Part shown: positions 1 through 11,535 of the stretch, piece by piece
Numbering within the stretch: the stretch's first letter is position 1
How the letters are laid out: every line of letters begins with the position of its first letter
Source of the DNA: Escherichia coli
GTDB lineage: Bacteria; Pseudomonadota; Gammaproteobacteria; Enterobacterales; Enterobacteriaceae
Length of the DNA stretch: 64,000 bases
Strand: one strand, 5' to 3'
NCBI RefSeq assembly: GCF_044324875.1
Contig: NZ_CP172185.1
Notes under the pieces: generated by a model
Databases searched by the model: none
What the model saw: only the letters and a program-made list of their open reading frames with translations
Told to the model about the DNA's origin: nothing
Program-made: the position numbers and the translations under genes

Positions 1-1523
<1,523 letters not shown>

Positions 1524-1786
1524 GAAGGTGAATAAGTGATAGCCCAATCGCCTTTCTGCATTTCATTCACAAAGCGCCAAACCTGAGAAGCACCAGAGCG
1601 AACTGTGCCTGGCTTAGTCTGTGGCTCAAGCTCCTGATACCGGATAAACAACTGCTCTCTTGAGCATCCAGGTTTCACATAGGGAGCGAGCTGCGACCAA
1701 CCAATTGCAACAACCTGTTTGTCTCTGAAGTCGTCGTACAATTTTCCGCCATCACCGCGGATCATCCACATCTTAGTCGCCACAAT
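1524..1786 (-). pseudogene. 5' portion of the IS-interrupted ORF (N-terminus (V/M)ATKMWMIRGDGGKLYDDFRDKQVVAIGW..)
   Basis: Reverse-strand ORF with AGGA about 6 nt upstream of a GTG/ATG start near 1771-1786; protein-like sequence through about codon 85, after which the frame runs into IS-derived sequence. Confidence 0.4.
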
Positions 1787-1893
1787 AATTCCTTCTGAAA
1801 ATACTTCATCGTTATACCGGGACGTGATCATTCCATTCAGCCACCTTATCCAGGGGAAAAACACCGATAAGATGGCTAATCAAAATGTCTGTT

Positions 1894-4800
1894 CTAAACC
1901 TGACGCCTATCAAGACTATTATAAATAGCCTCAATCTCACCTTTCAGGTTATCACCAGAGTAAACCATCGATGTATCGTATCGTTCATATCGCGCTTCCC
2001 GTGTCGCACTAAACCAGTTGAACGATCCCACGCATAGCAAACCATCATCACCAATAACAATTTTGCTATGAACACGGTTTACCAGCTTTGTAGCAATACC
2101 CAGCGCATTCAGTTTCTCCAGCGCCGCTTTAAGGTTCTGCTGCTTCTCTTTTCGCTTCTCAAAATCTTTATGTTCAGTGTTATAGCTTCTGTCAGTGACT
2201 ATCGTGACGTTAATTCCACGTGAACACGCCGCAATCATGGAATCAAGAAAACCCGTTTGCTCCAGCTTTTGCCAGGTCAGCCATGGAGAAACTATCGTGA
2301 TGTGTTTATCGGTATTTTCAAACGTCTGATTCAGGAAATTATCATGCTGCTCCACACCATGGAGTGTGTAGATTTTGGTCTCGGAAGTTTTTAAATCCTT
2401 ACGCTCTTTATAATCAAAAGAGAGCGCATTCTTCTCGGACTCAAAGAGATATTTTGCCAGTAATCCCCGCGGAGATGAGGCTGGCTGGATCTCAAACAGG
2501 TCCATATCGCCGAAGACCAGGAAACTGTCCTTCGCACGGGAGACAGCAACGTTCAGCATGCTGTTATCGCTATCAATAAACCCGCCATCCTCATGCTTTG
2601 AATAGACTGGCGAGAATATAACAATCGCTCTTTCCGCCCCCTGAAGAGAATGCACGGTGCCCACGGTGAGCGACGTTTCATTCGCGCCTGTACTGATGCC
2701 TTGTTTACCCAGCGCCTGTTTGATAGTCGATACCTGCGCGCTAAAAGGCGTCACGATACCGACAACTTCATGAAGCGATTTGCCGTAATGCGCTTCAATA
2801 TCTTGCTGGTTATCTGTCAGCCAGGCAGCTATCGTTTCAGCCTCAAGCAAATTATATCGACTTCCGCTACTTGCCAGCGCTCCTTTACCATCAATATGGA
2901 GATAACCCATTGCGGGCATTAAATTGCTCTCTTCACGCCCTCTTTTAGGCAACAACTTACCGTGATAGCAGAGCGTATTACAGTATCCAATAATATTATC
3001 GAAGCACCGGCGGTGTTCATATAGGTACATACCACGAGCCAGTTCGGGATCATATTGATAGCGCGAAGCAAACTGAGCTATTTTCATAACGCTGCCAGAT
3101 GCGGCACTTTTACCAAGGTCTGCGATTGCCGTATATTTCTCGGTAATCTCTTCTTGCGTACTGCCAGACAGAATTTTTTCCGCCAGCATGTTACCGATAT
3201 CAATCGCAGGAGCAATACTCCATATTGGCGGGATCTGCTCCGTATCGCCAATCACTAATGCCTTCTTAGCTAATGCAAACGAGGCAGCAGCCACTTCAGG
3301 AAGCACCTGTCCGGCTTCATCGACAATGAGTAAATCGGCAAAATCATACAAATAACTTTTCTCGAATTTACGTTGTCCTTTGTGCTCACTTATCTGCATA
3401 TTGCCGGGCAGCATATAGCATGTCATCACCACACATGGAATGAGTTTCATTCGACGTTGCCAACGGGCAGTTACTCCTTTAGCGCCTTTTTTCTTCTTCT
3501 CTTCCTGCAGATCATCAATTCTGGCCATATCCATCAGCCAACGACCTTCCCAGTAGTGAGTCGTCAGTAAAAATGCAGGGAAGCGAATCTGCGTATCAGC
3601 CAGTTCATCGGCCTGTGAGAAGCTCAGTTCCTCGTCGCCCTCATACCCTAAATCAAGTGTCAGCCTCTGCCACTCCTGAACCGCCTGCTGTTCTTTAAGA
3701 ACGATTTCATGGGCGGAGTCAATCTGCTTCCGGTATGTTGTTTGCTCGCGTTCAGCGGAATTGAGCAGCCCATCAATATTACGTTCGATAGTTTCAGGAT
3801 CAGACCACTGATTTCCTGCAATCAGCGCGCCTAATTTATCTTCGAGAAACAGCTGTATTTGGTACTGTCGCTTATTGCGAACCGCCGGGAGCCAGGAAAA
3901 TAATGAATAGATCAGTGATTCACCGGCGCGATATTTTTTCCATTCCGTTTTAGCACTCTTCAGTAGAGTAACTTTTTGTTCTTGCCCGGAGAGTAATTTA
4001 TTTAAATTATCGAGATATTGCTCAATGTTATCAGCAATAAGCTCACGCGCCGCCCGAACCTGGCTTAACGTTTGCCATGTTGCGTTCAGTCTTATCAGTT
4101 GCTCGGATTTTGCTGCCAACTGACCATGCAGGAGTTCAATGACCTTTTCAGGGGATGAACACTCTTTTTCAGGAAAGGCTGCCTTAGCCTTCTCCAGATA
4201 AAACAGCAGTGCATCCTCTACATACTCTTTTGACTCAACCTGGTTGAAGAAATCTTCAGTTTGATATTTTTTGGCGGCCTCAGCTTTACGAGTGCTTGAG
4301 GGAAAATAAGCGCCGAAGCTTTTCAGCTCTGGCAACCATCGTCCGGCCATCGCACCGGTGCCCTGGGAAAAATCTTTCCCGAACGCCTCGATAATGTTCG
4401 TGACAGCCTGGTTATTCGTTGAGGTCGCGATAATGACCGGAGGCTCAGATTTTTCGAGAGCCGCTCGGGCCCACTGCGTGGCGATGATAGAAAGCACCAG
4501 CGTGGTTTTTCCGGTTCCCGGAGGGCCATTAACAGCAAGGATATCGCCATGTCTGGCATCCAGAAAATGGCTTAAGGCATCGCGCTGAGCCTTTGCCAGC
4601 GGAAACTTATCTCCGGAGTGTCCAAGCCTGTCGCTGAATTTTGCTCCTGGGGCCAGCAAAGACTCTGCAGCATGAACCTCTCGCGAGGCGAAGCGATTGA
4701 AGAGTGGCACATCCTTCTTGCAAACAAGCAGGTGATCATAAAGCGAAAGGATATGGAAACTGGCACCGCCAGATTGCGCCGTTTTAACAATATAACCGTG

Positions 4801-5409
4801 CTCAGCGAGTTCATATTGCTCAGGATTTTTAATCCAGTCGCCGGCAACGTTCTTCAGCAGCCTCTCTGAATCATCCAGATATTGACGCCAATCCTGCTGC
4901 AAGGCTGCATATCGTGCTTCCCGTTCTTCATCCGTTTCGGCAGTGTTATCAACGCTGTCATCAAACTTGATAGAGAATGACGTATGTGTCGTTTTATATT
5001 TGTCATACTGCTCAATCTCACCAATCGAAAATGCCCCTTTTGGCAAAGGTTCAAGCAGGTCTCTGGGAATGGAGGTCGCTGGCGTCGGGTATAAAAAACC
5101 CTCACGGCTTAGCAAGGCTGGCGTCACTAGCGGGGTAACAATATCAGGCACGCCTGCGGAACGGTCCTTACCATGCTGCAGTAACCGAAAATAAACTTTT
5201 GGGCGCAAGACGACATCGACCGTTTCGACATCGTCTTTTTCTCCCTCAAAAAATTTACTGACAATCGCTTCGTCAAGACGTCCCGCCGCTATCCCATGCC
5301 AGTGAGTGAAATTTTGGGCGTCTTTCCGTTCAAAGCTGCCCTTTCCTGACTCAGCATCCGCAAGCGAGTTGCGCCAGTATGAGGCAAACCCTAAAGCATT
5401 TTCATCCAT
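1894..5409 (-). CDS. Superfamily-1 (Upf1/DNA2-like, COG1112-type) helicase fused to a C-terminal phospholipase-D (HKD) family nuclease domain; candidate defense protein (Mokosh type II-like architecture)
   Basis: 1171-aa ORF. Walker [13 protein letters not shown]; motif [10 protein letters not shown]; motif [14 protein letters not shown]; motif [20 protein letters not shown]-terminal HKD motif [25 protein letters not shown] about 8 nt upstream of ATG. Confidence 0.85.
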   Translation of the reverse strand: MDENALGFASYWRNSLADAESGKGSFERKDAQNFTHWHGIAAGRLDEAIVSKFFEGEKDDVETVDVVLRPKVYFRLLQHGKDRSAGVPDIVTPLVTPALLSREGFLYPTPATSIPRDLLEPLPKGAFSIGEIEQYDKYKTTHTSFSIKFDDSVDNTAETDEEREARYAALQQDWRQYLDDSERLLKNVAGDWIKNPEQYELAEHGYIVKTAQSGGASFHILSLYDHLLVCKKDVPLFNRFASREVHAAESLLAPGAKFSDRLGHSGDKFPLAKAQRDALSHFLDARHGDILAVNGPPGTGKTTLVLSIIATQWARAALEKSEPPVIIATSTNNQAVTNIIEAFGKDFSQGTGAMAGRWLPELKSFGAYFPSSTRKAEAAKKYQTEDFFNQVESKEYVEDALLFYLEKAKAAFPEKECSSPEKVIELLHGQLAAKSEQLIRLNATWQTLSQVRAARELIADNIEQYLDNLNKLLSGQEQKVTLLKSAKTEWKKYRAGESLIYSLFSWLPAVRNKRQYQIQLFLEDKLGALIAGNQWSDPETIERNIDGLLNSAEREQTTYRKQIDSAHEIVLKEQQAVQEWQRLTLDLGYEGDEELSFSQADELADTQIRFPAFLLTTHYWEGRWLMDMARIDDLQEEKKKKGAKGVTARWQRRMKLIPCVVMTCYMLPGNMQISEHKGQRKFEKSYLYDFADLLIVDEAGQVLPEVAAASFALAKKALVIGDTEQIPPIWSIAPAIDIGNMLAEKILSGSTQEEITEKYTAIADLGKSAASGSVMKIAQFASRYQYDPELARGMYLYEHRRCFDNIIGYCNTLCYHGKLLPKRGREESNLMPAMGYLHIDGKGALASSGSRYNLLEAETIAAWLTDNQQDIEAHYGKSLHEVVGIVTPFSAQVSTIKQALGKQGISTGANETSLTVGTVHSLQGAERAIVIFSPVYSKHEDGGFIDSDNSMLNVAVSRAKDSFLVFGDMDLFEIQPASSPRGLLAKYLFESEKNALSFDYKERKDLKTSETKIYTLHGVEQHDNFLNQTFENTDKHITIVSPWLTWQKLEQTGFLDSMIAACSRGINVTIVTDRSYNTEHKDFEKRKEKQQNLKAALEKLNALGIATKLVNRVHSKIVIGDDGLLCVGSFNWFSATREARYERYDTSMVYSGDNLKGEIEAIYNSLDRRQV

Positions 5410-5734
5410 TACCAGTCCTATGACTCAATGAAATCCATTGATTTATCGAATATAAAATCACCGTATGGATAACTATTGTCCACGTTGAAAGGCTGGCTGC
5501 AATGTTTTGTTCACGCTTCGATACAAATACTCAGGTTATACGGAGTTCAGAAAACGACCATATCATGCTGCATGGCACATAAAAGCTTTATAACCGAAGC
5601 AGCAAAGGATTACCGGCTGCGCAGCACGCCACGAAAGCCCGTGAGCTCTACTGGACAGCGTTCAGTGCAATATTGGAGTCTGTAAGTCCAGAAAATATCA
5701 CTGTCGAAGATGGTTCTGTATGTAGGTGCGCCAG

Positions 5735-6112
5735 CTATTGTTTTGTCCGATGCTTGCGAATAAAAGCATTCAAAATGTCGCCTTCACCATGCATGACAGA
5801 AAAAGAATATTCACATTCTTTCTTTATCAAGATTCCACATAATTCCTTGTGCAAATCTACATTAACTCCCTTTCCTTTCTGTGCTTTCTTCACACCGAGC
5901 TCACATGAACTGATTAATTCAACGTTACAGGGTTTCTTCAAATAATTCACACCATCAATTAAGCCCTGGAGAATGCATCTATTTGCGGTCGTATTACTGT
6001 AGGAGAAGGTCAGATATTTTATTTTCCCTTCACATTCCAGCACAACTTCCGCCGAACCTTCACGTGTTGCAGCATCACAACTTCCTGTTGAATATATTTT
6101 CACCATCTTCAT
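5735..6112 (-). CDS. Small RNase HI-like fold protein with substituted catalytic residues (predicted inactive pseudo-RNase H)
   Basis: 125-aa ORF; by-eye alignment to E. coli RNase HI: VKIYSTGSCD vs VEIFTDGSCL, NTTANRCILQG vs RTTNNRMELMA, VELISSCELG vs VILSTDSQYV, VNVDLHKEL..HGEGD vs KNVDLWQRL..HAGHPENERCD, with the DEDD positions replaced. Strong SD (GGGGAAAGG) upstream. Confidence 0.55.
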   Translation of the reverse strand: MKMVKIYSTGSCDAATREGSAEVVLECEGKIKYLTFSYSNTTANRCILQGLIDGVNYLKKPCNVELISSCELGVKKAQKGKGVNVDLHKELCGILIKKECEYSFSVMHGEGDILNAFIRKHRTKQ

Positions 6113-6180
6113 TTTGTACCTTTCCCCTTACCAAACGAATCATGACATCCTATATCAAAGGCATTCTCGTCAAAACTTTA

Positions 6181-6960
6181 CTATCTCAGTAAATTCTCCC
6201 GATGCCACTCCAGATAACAATACGATTCAACAGAAAACGCCTTTATTTTCTCCGGCAACAAACATTGCTCTTTAACGCTAATATCCAGCTCCTTACTAAT
6301 TAATAAATGCCCATCGTTCTCAAACGAAATCCATCCCTGATCGAATAGAATATCAATATGCGCAGCCAATATAATTCCATTAAAAGGATCAAGACGTTCA
6401 TTTCCATTCTCGCAGGCAGCCCACGGCTTTATATGGCTGGCACGCAGTAAAGGTGCAAAAGTCGTTCCCGTAACAGGGCATGCCGGATACAACATGAGAC
6501 AATTTTTCCGAAAGGTACCTTGCCCCAGCCGTGCCGCAATCAGCTGCTCGCGTACGGTATCTTCAATACTTTTATCCTGCTGAATAGCAAGACAGTCACG
6601 TTGTGCCTGTTCATCTCTATCAGTCGATATTAACGAAAGAACGCGCTGCTCAATTGCACTATCAGAAAGCACACTCAATCGCTGATGAACACGCTGCGCT
6701 GAATGAGAAAGCGCAGCAGGAGCACCCTGCTCGTCACGCCAACCGACACGCACATCACTAAGCCAGGAATCAAAACGGTCACGACTATTTTTCAGACTAT
6801 TGTGAAACTCGCTGGCAGTTTTGCCCGCTCCAAATCGAGGATAAAACAAGGCAAAAGCCTCTTTCCATTTCTGAACACCCAGTCCTGCGGGTGGTTGAGA
6901 GTTACCATACTTCGACAAATACCACGCCACTTCAAGCAAATCGTCTTCAGAGCTATTCAA
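6181..6960 (-). CDS. HNH-family endonuclease (259 aa); apparent TTG start
   Basis: C-terminal HNH motif ..LRASHIKPWAACENGNERLDPFNGIILAAHIDILFDQGW..; frame is open only back to a TAA at 6988-6990 and the first plausible start is TTG at 6958-6960 with AGGA 7 nt upstream; no in-frame ATG near the N-terminus. Confidence 0.7.
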   Translation of the reverse strand: MNSSEDDLLEVAWYLSKYGNSQPPAGLGVQKWKEAFALFYPRFGAGKTASEFHNSLKNSRDRFDSWLSDVRVGWRDEQGAPAALSHSAQRVHQRLSVLSDSAIEQRVLSLISTDRDEQAQRDCLAIQQDKSIEDTVREQLIAARLGQGTFRKNCLMLYPACPVTGTTFAPLLRASHIKPWAACENGNERLDPFNGIILAAHIDILFDQGWISFENDGHLLISKELDISVKEQCLLPEKIKAFSVESYCYLEWHRENLLR

Positions 6961-7030
6961 TATTACGTCCTGTTTTTGCAGAGTAAATTATCACCAGATT
7001 ATATCTGAAAAAATCATTTACTAAACTGAT

Positions 7031-7174
7031 CTGCTTACCTGCAAAACGGTACTGCAAACGCTAATACTCAGAACCATTAAAAGGAACAAGCAGGTGCATA
7101 CCGCTGCCATCGGTCAGTTTGTACTGCTTATCCGTTGGCCTGGCTGTTCTGACCTTGATATCTGTTAACGCCAT
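7031..7174 (-). pseudogene. intB: 5' remnant of a P4-type tyrosine integrase (intB-like) adjacent to leuX; in-frame amber then loss of homology
   Basis: Reverse-strand ATG at 7174 with strong SD (GGGAGGGG) encodes MALTDIKVRTARPTDKQYKLTDGSGMHLLVPFNGSEY-stop-RLQYRFAGKQ, matching the conserved N-terminus of P4-family integrases; TAG at 7061-7063 sits where a conserved Trp is expected; no integrase-like sequence below about 7030. Confidence 0.75.
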
Positions 7175-7324
7175 GCTTATCCCCTCCCTGTTGGTACAAG
7201 CATTATCGAACCGGAAATACCATCATCTGTACCAACATGTGTTGGTAGATGTACGTTGATATCGGTTGACCTTGAGAGAGTTAATATAGCGAAAAAGGTA
7301 GGTAACTGCTGGATTTCAGGCATA

Positions 7325-7350
7325 AAAAAAGACCTCAGTTGAGGTCTATT
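7325..7350 (-). terminator. Rho-independent terminator downstream of leuX
   Basis: Hairpin GACCTCAGTTGAGGTC followed by a T-run on the minus strand immediately 3' of the tRNA. Confidence 0.7.
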
Positions 7351-7360
7351 TACATACTTT

Positions 7361-7445
7361 TGGTGCCGAAGGCCGGACTCGAACCGGCACGTATTTCTAC
7401 GGTTGATTTTGAATCAACTGCGTCTACCGATTTCGCCACTTCGGC
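7361..7445 (-). tRNA. leuX: tRNA-Leu (anticodon CAA)
   Basis: Reverse complement reads GCCGAAGTGGCGAAATCGGTAGACGCAGTTGATTCAAAATCAACCGTAGAAATACGTGCCGGTTCGAGTCCGGCCTTCGGCACCA: cloverleaf with CAA anticodon loop, long variable arm, encoded CCA. Confidence 0.92.
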
Positions 7446-7640
7446 ACTGAAGAGGTATGCGGAAAACGTTGTGGATTATACCTGTCGCACGCCACCATGC
7501 AAGCGCCAGCTTGCTCGCACCTCGCTAAGTGCTGAAATTTTCAGCATTGCATACAGCGATGTGTAACCTTTGTCACACTCCAGGCACCCCGCCCTGCCAT
7601 GCTCTACACTTCCCAGACAACACCAGAGAAGGACTAAAAA

Positions 7641-8660
7641 ATGTCGATGATAAAAAGCTATGCCGCAAAAGAAGCGGGCGGCGAACTGGAACTTTATGAG
7701 TACGATCCCGGTGAATTGAAGCCACAAGATGTTGAAGTGCAGGTGGATTACTGCGGGATCTGCCATTCCGATCTGTCGATGATCGACAACGAATGGGGAT
7801 TTTCACAATATCCGCTGGTTGCCGGGCATGAGGTGATTGGGCGCGTGGTGGCGCTCGGGAGCGCCGCGCAGGATAAAGGTTTGCAGGTCGGTCAGCGTGT
7901 CGGGATTGGCTGGACGGCACGCAGCTGCGGGCATTGCGATGCCTGTATTAGCGGTAATCAGATCAACTGCGAGCAAGGTGCGGTGCCAACAATTATGAAT
8001 CGCGGCGGTTTTGCCGAGAAGTTGCGTGCGGACTGGCAATGGGTGATTCCGCTGCCAGAAAATATTGATATCGAGTCTGCCGGGCCGCTGTTGTGCGGCG
8101 GTATCACGGTCTTTAAACCACTGTTGATGCACCATATCACTGCCACCAGCCGCGTTGGGGTAATTGGTATTGGCGGGCTGGGGCATATCGCTATAAAACT
8201 TCTGCACGCAATGGGATGCGAGGTGACAGCCTTTAGTTCGAATCCGGCGAAAGAGCAGGAAGTGCTGGCGATGGGTGCCGATAAAGTGGTGAATAGCCGC
8301 GATCCGCAGGCACTGAGTGCCCTGGCAGGGCAGTTCGATCTCATTATCAACACCGTCAACGTCAGCCTCGACTGGCAGCCTTATTTTGAGGCGCTGACGT
8401 ATGGCGGTAATTTCCACACCGTCGGTGCGGTTCTCACGCCGCTGTCTGTTCCGGCCTTTACGTTAATTGCGGGCGATCGCAGTGTCTCAGGTTCGGCAAC
8501 CGGTACGCCTTATGAGCTGCGTAAGCTGATGCGCTTTGCCGCCCGCAGCAAGGTTGCGCCGACTACCGAACTGTTCCCGATGTCGAAAATTAACGACGCT
8601 ATCCAGCATGTACGCGATGGTAAAGCGCGCTACCGCGTGGTTCTGAAAGCCGACTTCTGA
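7641..8660 (+). CDS. ahr: NADPH-dependent aldehyde reductase (zinc-type alcohol dehydrogenase)
   Basis: 339-aa ORF; Zn-ADH motifs ([26 protein letters not shown]); matches E. coli Ahr/YjgB by recall. Confidence 0.9.
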   Translation: MSMIKSYAAKEAGGELELYEYDPGELKPQDVEVQVDYCGICHSDLSMIDNEWGFSQYPLVAGHEVIGRVVALGSAAQDKGLQVGQRVGIGWTARSCGHCDACISGNQINCEQGAVPTIMNRGGFAEKLRADWQWVIPLPENIDIESAGPLLCGGITVFKPLLMHHITATSRVGVIGIGGLGHIAIKLLHAMGCEVTAFSSNPAKEQEVLAMGADKVVNSRDPQALSALAGQFDLIINTVNVSLDWQPYFEALTYGGNFHTVGAVLTPLSVPAFTLIAGDRSVSGSATGTPYELRKLMRFAARSKVAPTTELFPMSKINDAIQHVRDGKARYRVVLKADF

Positions 8661-8789
8661 TCCCTTTGCCGGGTGCCTGTCGCCCGGCGTTTAAATCTCT
8701 TTGGAAGGCGTCTCGCAATCTGCTGAATTTAGCGGTGAAGAGTGCGCAGCCGTTGCCTATACTCCAGGCAGGAAACTGGAGGATATCTC

Positions 8790-10292
8790 ATGAGCGAACC
8801 CCTGTTAATTGCCCGCACGTCGGACACAGAACTGTTTTTATTGCCGGGAATGGCGAATCGTCACGGGCTGATTACTGGCGCAACGGGGACGGGTAAAACC
8901 GTTACGCTGCAAAAGCTGGCGGAGTCATTGTCGGAAATCGGTGTTCCGGTGTTTATGGCTGATGTGAAAGGTGATTTAACGGGAGTTGCGGAGGAAGGTA
9001 CATCTTCGGAAAAACTGCTCGCAAGGCTTAAAAATATCGGCGTAAATGACTGGCAACCTCATGCTAATCCGGTGGTGGTGTGGGATATCTTTGGCGAGAA
9101 AGGCCACCCAGTGCGGGCGACGGTTTCGGATTTGGGGCCTCTGTTGCTGGCGCGACTGTTGAATCTCAACGATGTGCAATCTGGCGTGCTGAATATTATC
9201 TTCCGCATTGCGGACGATCAGGGATTGTTGCTGCTCGACTTTAAAGATTTGCGGGCGATTACCCAGTACATCGGCGATAACGCCAAATCCTTCCAGAATC
9301 AGTACGGTAATATCAGTAGCGCATCGGTTGGTGCCATCCAGCGCGGGCTGTTATCGCTGGAACAGCAAGGCGCAGCACACTTCTTTGGTGAGCCGATGCT
9401 GGATATCAAAGACTGGATGCGTACCGATACCAACGGTAAAGGCGTTATCAATATCCTCAGCGCCGAGAAGCTTTATCAGATGCCGAAACTGTACGCCGCC
9501 AGCCTGCTGTGGATGCTTTCAGAATTGTATGAACAATTGCCTGAAGCGGGCGATCTGGAGAAACCTAAACTGGTGTTTTTCTTCGACGAAGCACATCTGC
9601 TGTTTAACGATGCGCCACAGGTACTACTGGATAAGATTGAGCAGGTGATAAGGCTTATTCGCTCAAAAGGCGTGGGCGTCTGGTTCGTTTCGCAAAACCC
9701 GTCAGATATTCCGGATAATGTGCTCGGGCAGCTAGGTAATCGCGTTCAACACGCTTTACGGGCTTTTACGCCCAAAGATCAGAAAGCAGTAAAAGCTGCG
9801 GCGCAAACCATGCGGGCCAATCCGGCGTTTGATACCGAAAAGGCAATCCAGGAACTGGGGACCGGCGAGGCGTTAATCTCGTTTCTCGATGCGAAAGGAA
9901 GCCCTTCAGTGGTGGAACGGGCGATGGTGATTGCCCCCTGTTCACGAATGGGGCCGGTGACGGAAGATGAGCGTAATGGCTTGATTAATCACTCTCCAGT
10001 GTATGGTAAGTACGAGGATGACGTGGACCGGGAATCCGCCTATGAGATGTTGCAAAAAGGCTTTCAGGCCAGTACCGAGCAGCAAAATAATCCTCCCGCG
10101 AAAGGGAAAGAGGTGGCGGTGGATGACGGTATTCTCGGTGGATTGAAGGATATTTTGTTTGGCACTACCGGACCACGCGGCGGGAAGAAAGATGGTGTGG
10201 TGCAAACAATGGCGAAAAGCGCCGCCCGCCAGGTGACGAATCAGATTGTGCGTGGGATGTTGGGGAGTTTGCTGGGGGGGAGAAAAAGGTAA
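8790..10292 (+). CDS. yjgR: DUF853-family P-loop NTPase YjgR
   Basis: Start [12 protein letters not shown]..; Walker A GATGTGKT; 500 aa, as in K-12 YjgR. Confidence 0.85.
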   Translation: MSEPLLIARTSDTELFLLPGMANRHGLITGATGTGKTVTLQKLAESLSEIGVPVFMADVKGDLTGVAEEGTSSEKLLARLKNIGVNDWQPHANPVVVWDIFGEKGHPVRATVSDLGPLLLARLLNLNDVQSGVLNIIFRIADDQGLLLLDFKDLRAITQYIGDNAKSFQNQYGNISSASVGAIQRGLLSLEQQGAAHFFGEPMLDIKDWMRTDTNGKGVINILSAEKLYQMPKLYAASLLWMLSELYEQLPEAGDLEKPKLVFFFDEAHLLFNDAPQVLLDKIEQVIRLIRSKGVGVWFVSQNPSDIPDNVLGQLGNRVQHALRAFTPKDQKAVKAAAQTMRANPAFDTEKAIQELGTGEALISFLDAKGSPSVVERAMVIAPCSRMGPVTEDERNGLINHSPVYGKYEDDVDRESAYEMLQKGFQASTEQQNNPPAKGKEVAVDDGILGGLKDILFGTTGPRGGKKDGVVQTMAKSAARQVTNQIVRGMLGSLLGGRKR

Positions 10293-10452
10293 GTCAGGTG
10301 CGATTTGTCTTTGCCTGATGCGACGCTGGCGCGCTTTATCATGCCTACACTACTGCAATATATTGAATTTTCATGATTTTTCAGGCATGAACGAAGCACA
10401 CTTTGCTAACAATAATAAAGGGAGCTTTCGCTCCCTTTATTCGTTCATCAGG

Positions 10453-11535
10453 TTACGATTTTCTCATTAACAGCCACAGGCTGATTAAGAAGAAGCTGGC
10501 GCTTGGCAGCAACGCGCCGATAATCGGCGGGATGCCGTAAACCAACGTCAGCGGGCCGAAGATCTGGTCCAGTACGTAGAAGACAAAACCGAAGCTGATA
10601 CCGGTGACCACACGCACGCCCATCGGTACGCTACGCAGTGGGCCAAAGATAAACGACAGCGCCATCAGCATCATCACCGCCACGGATAGCGGCTGGAAGA
10701 TTTTGCTCCACATGTTGAGCTGATAACGTCCGGCATCCTGACCGCTCGACTTCAGATACTTCACATAGTTGTGCAAACCACTGATGGAGAGTGCATCCGG
10801 GTCCAGCGCCACCACGCCCAGTTTGTCTGGCGTGAGGTTGGTTTTCCAGGTGCCGCTCACCGTCTGCGAACCGGTGATCTGTTTCGGATTGGTCAGATCA
10901 GATTCATCAACCTGCGACAGACGCCAGACTTTATGTTCCGGGTCAAACTTCGCGGTAGCGGCATAGCGTACGGATTGCAGACGACGATTCTCGTTAAAGG
11001 CATAGATACTGATGCCACCTAACTCTTCGTCACCTTTAACCCGCTCAATGTAGACAAAGTTGTTGCCATCTTTCGCCCATAAGCCTTGCTGGGTAGAGAG
11101 CAACGAGCCGCCGTACATCGCCTGCGCACGGTAGTTACGCGCCATCTGCTCGCCCTGCGGCGCGACCCATTCGCCAATCGCCATCGTCAGCAAGACCAGC
11201 GGAATGGCGGTTTTCATCACCGACAGCGCTACCTGCATACGGGTAAAACCAGAAGCCTGCATCACCACCAGTTCGCTGCGCTGCGCCAGCATCCCAAGAC
11301 CAAGCAACGCCCCAAGCAGAGCCGCCATCGGGAAGAAGATTTGCACATCTTTCGGCACGCTCAGCAAGGTATACATTCCTGCGCCTAACGCGTCGTAACT
11401 CCCCTGCCCGGCTTTTTTCAGCTGATCGACAAACTTGATAATGCCCGACAGCGACACCAGCATGAACAGCGTCATCATGATGGTGGTAAAAATAGTTTTA
11501 CCGATATAGCGGTCAAGTACGCCAAAAGGTTGCAT
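10453..11535 (-). CDS. lptG: LPS export ABC transporter permease LptG
   Basis: 360-aa polytopic membrane protein beginning MQPFGVLDRYIGKTIF; directly downstream of and 1-nt overlapping lptF. Confidence 0.9.
   Translation of the reverse strand: MQPFGVLDRYIGKTIFTTIMMTLFMLVSLSGIIKFVDQLKKAGQGSYDALGAGMYTLLSVPKDVQIFFPMAALLGALLGLGMLAQRSELVVMQASGFTRMQVALSVMKTAIPLVLLTMAIGEWVAPQGEQMARNYRAQAMYGGSLLSTQQGLWAKDGNNFVYIERVKGDEELGGISIYAFNENRRLQSVRYAATAKFDPEHKVWRLSQVDESDLTNPKQITGSQTVSGTWKTNLTPDKLGVVALDPDALSISGLHNYVKYLKSSGQDAGRYQLNMWSKIFQPLSVAVMMLMALSFIFGPLRSVPMGVRVVTGISFGFVFYVLDQIFGPLTLVYGIPPIIGALLPSASFFLISLWLLMRKS

Noticed and set aside
7000-7360. Full-length integrase adjacent to leuX
   Set aside because: Only about 37-47 integrase-like codons are present before a stop and loss of homology; no tyrosine recombinase catalytic domain is encoded between leuX and the HNH gene.
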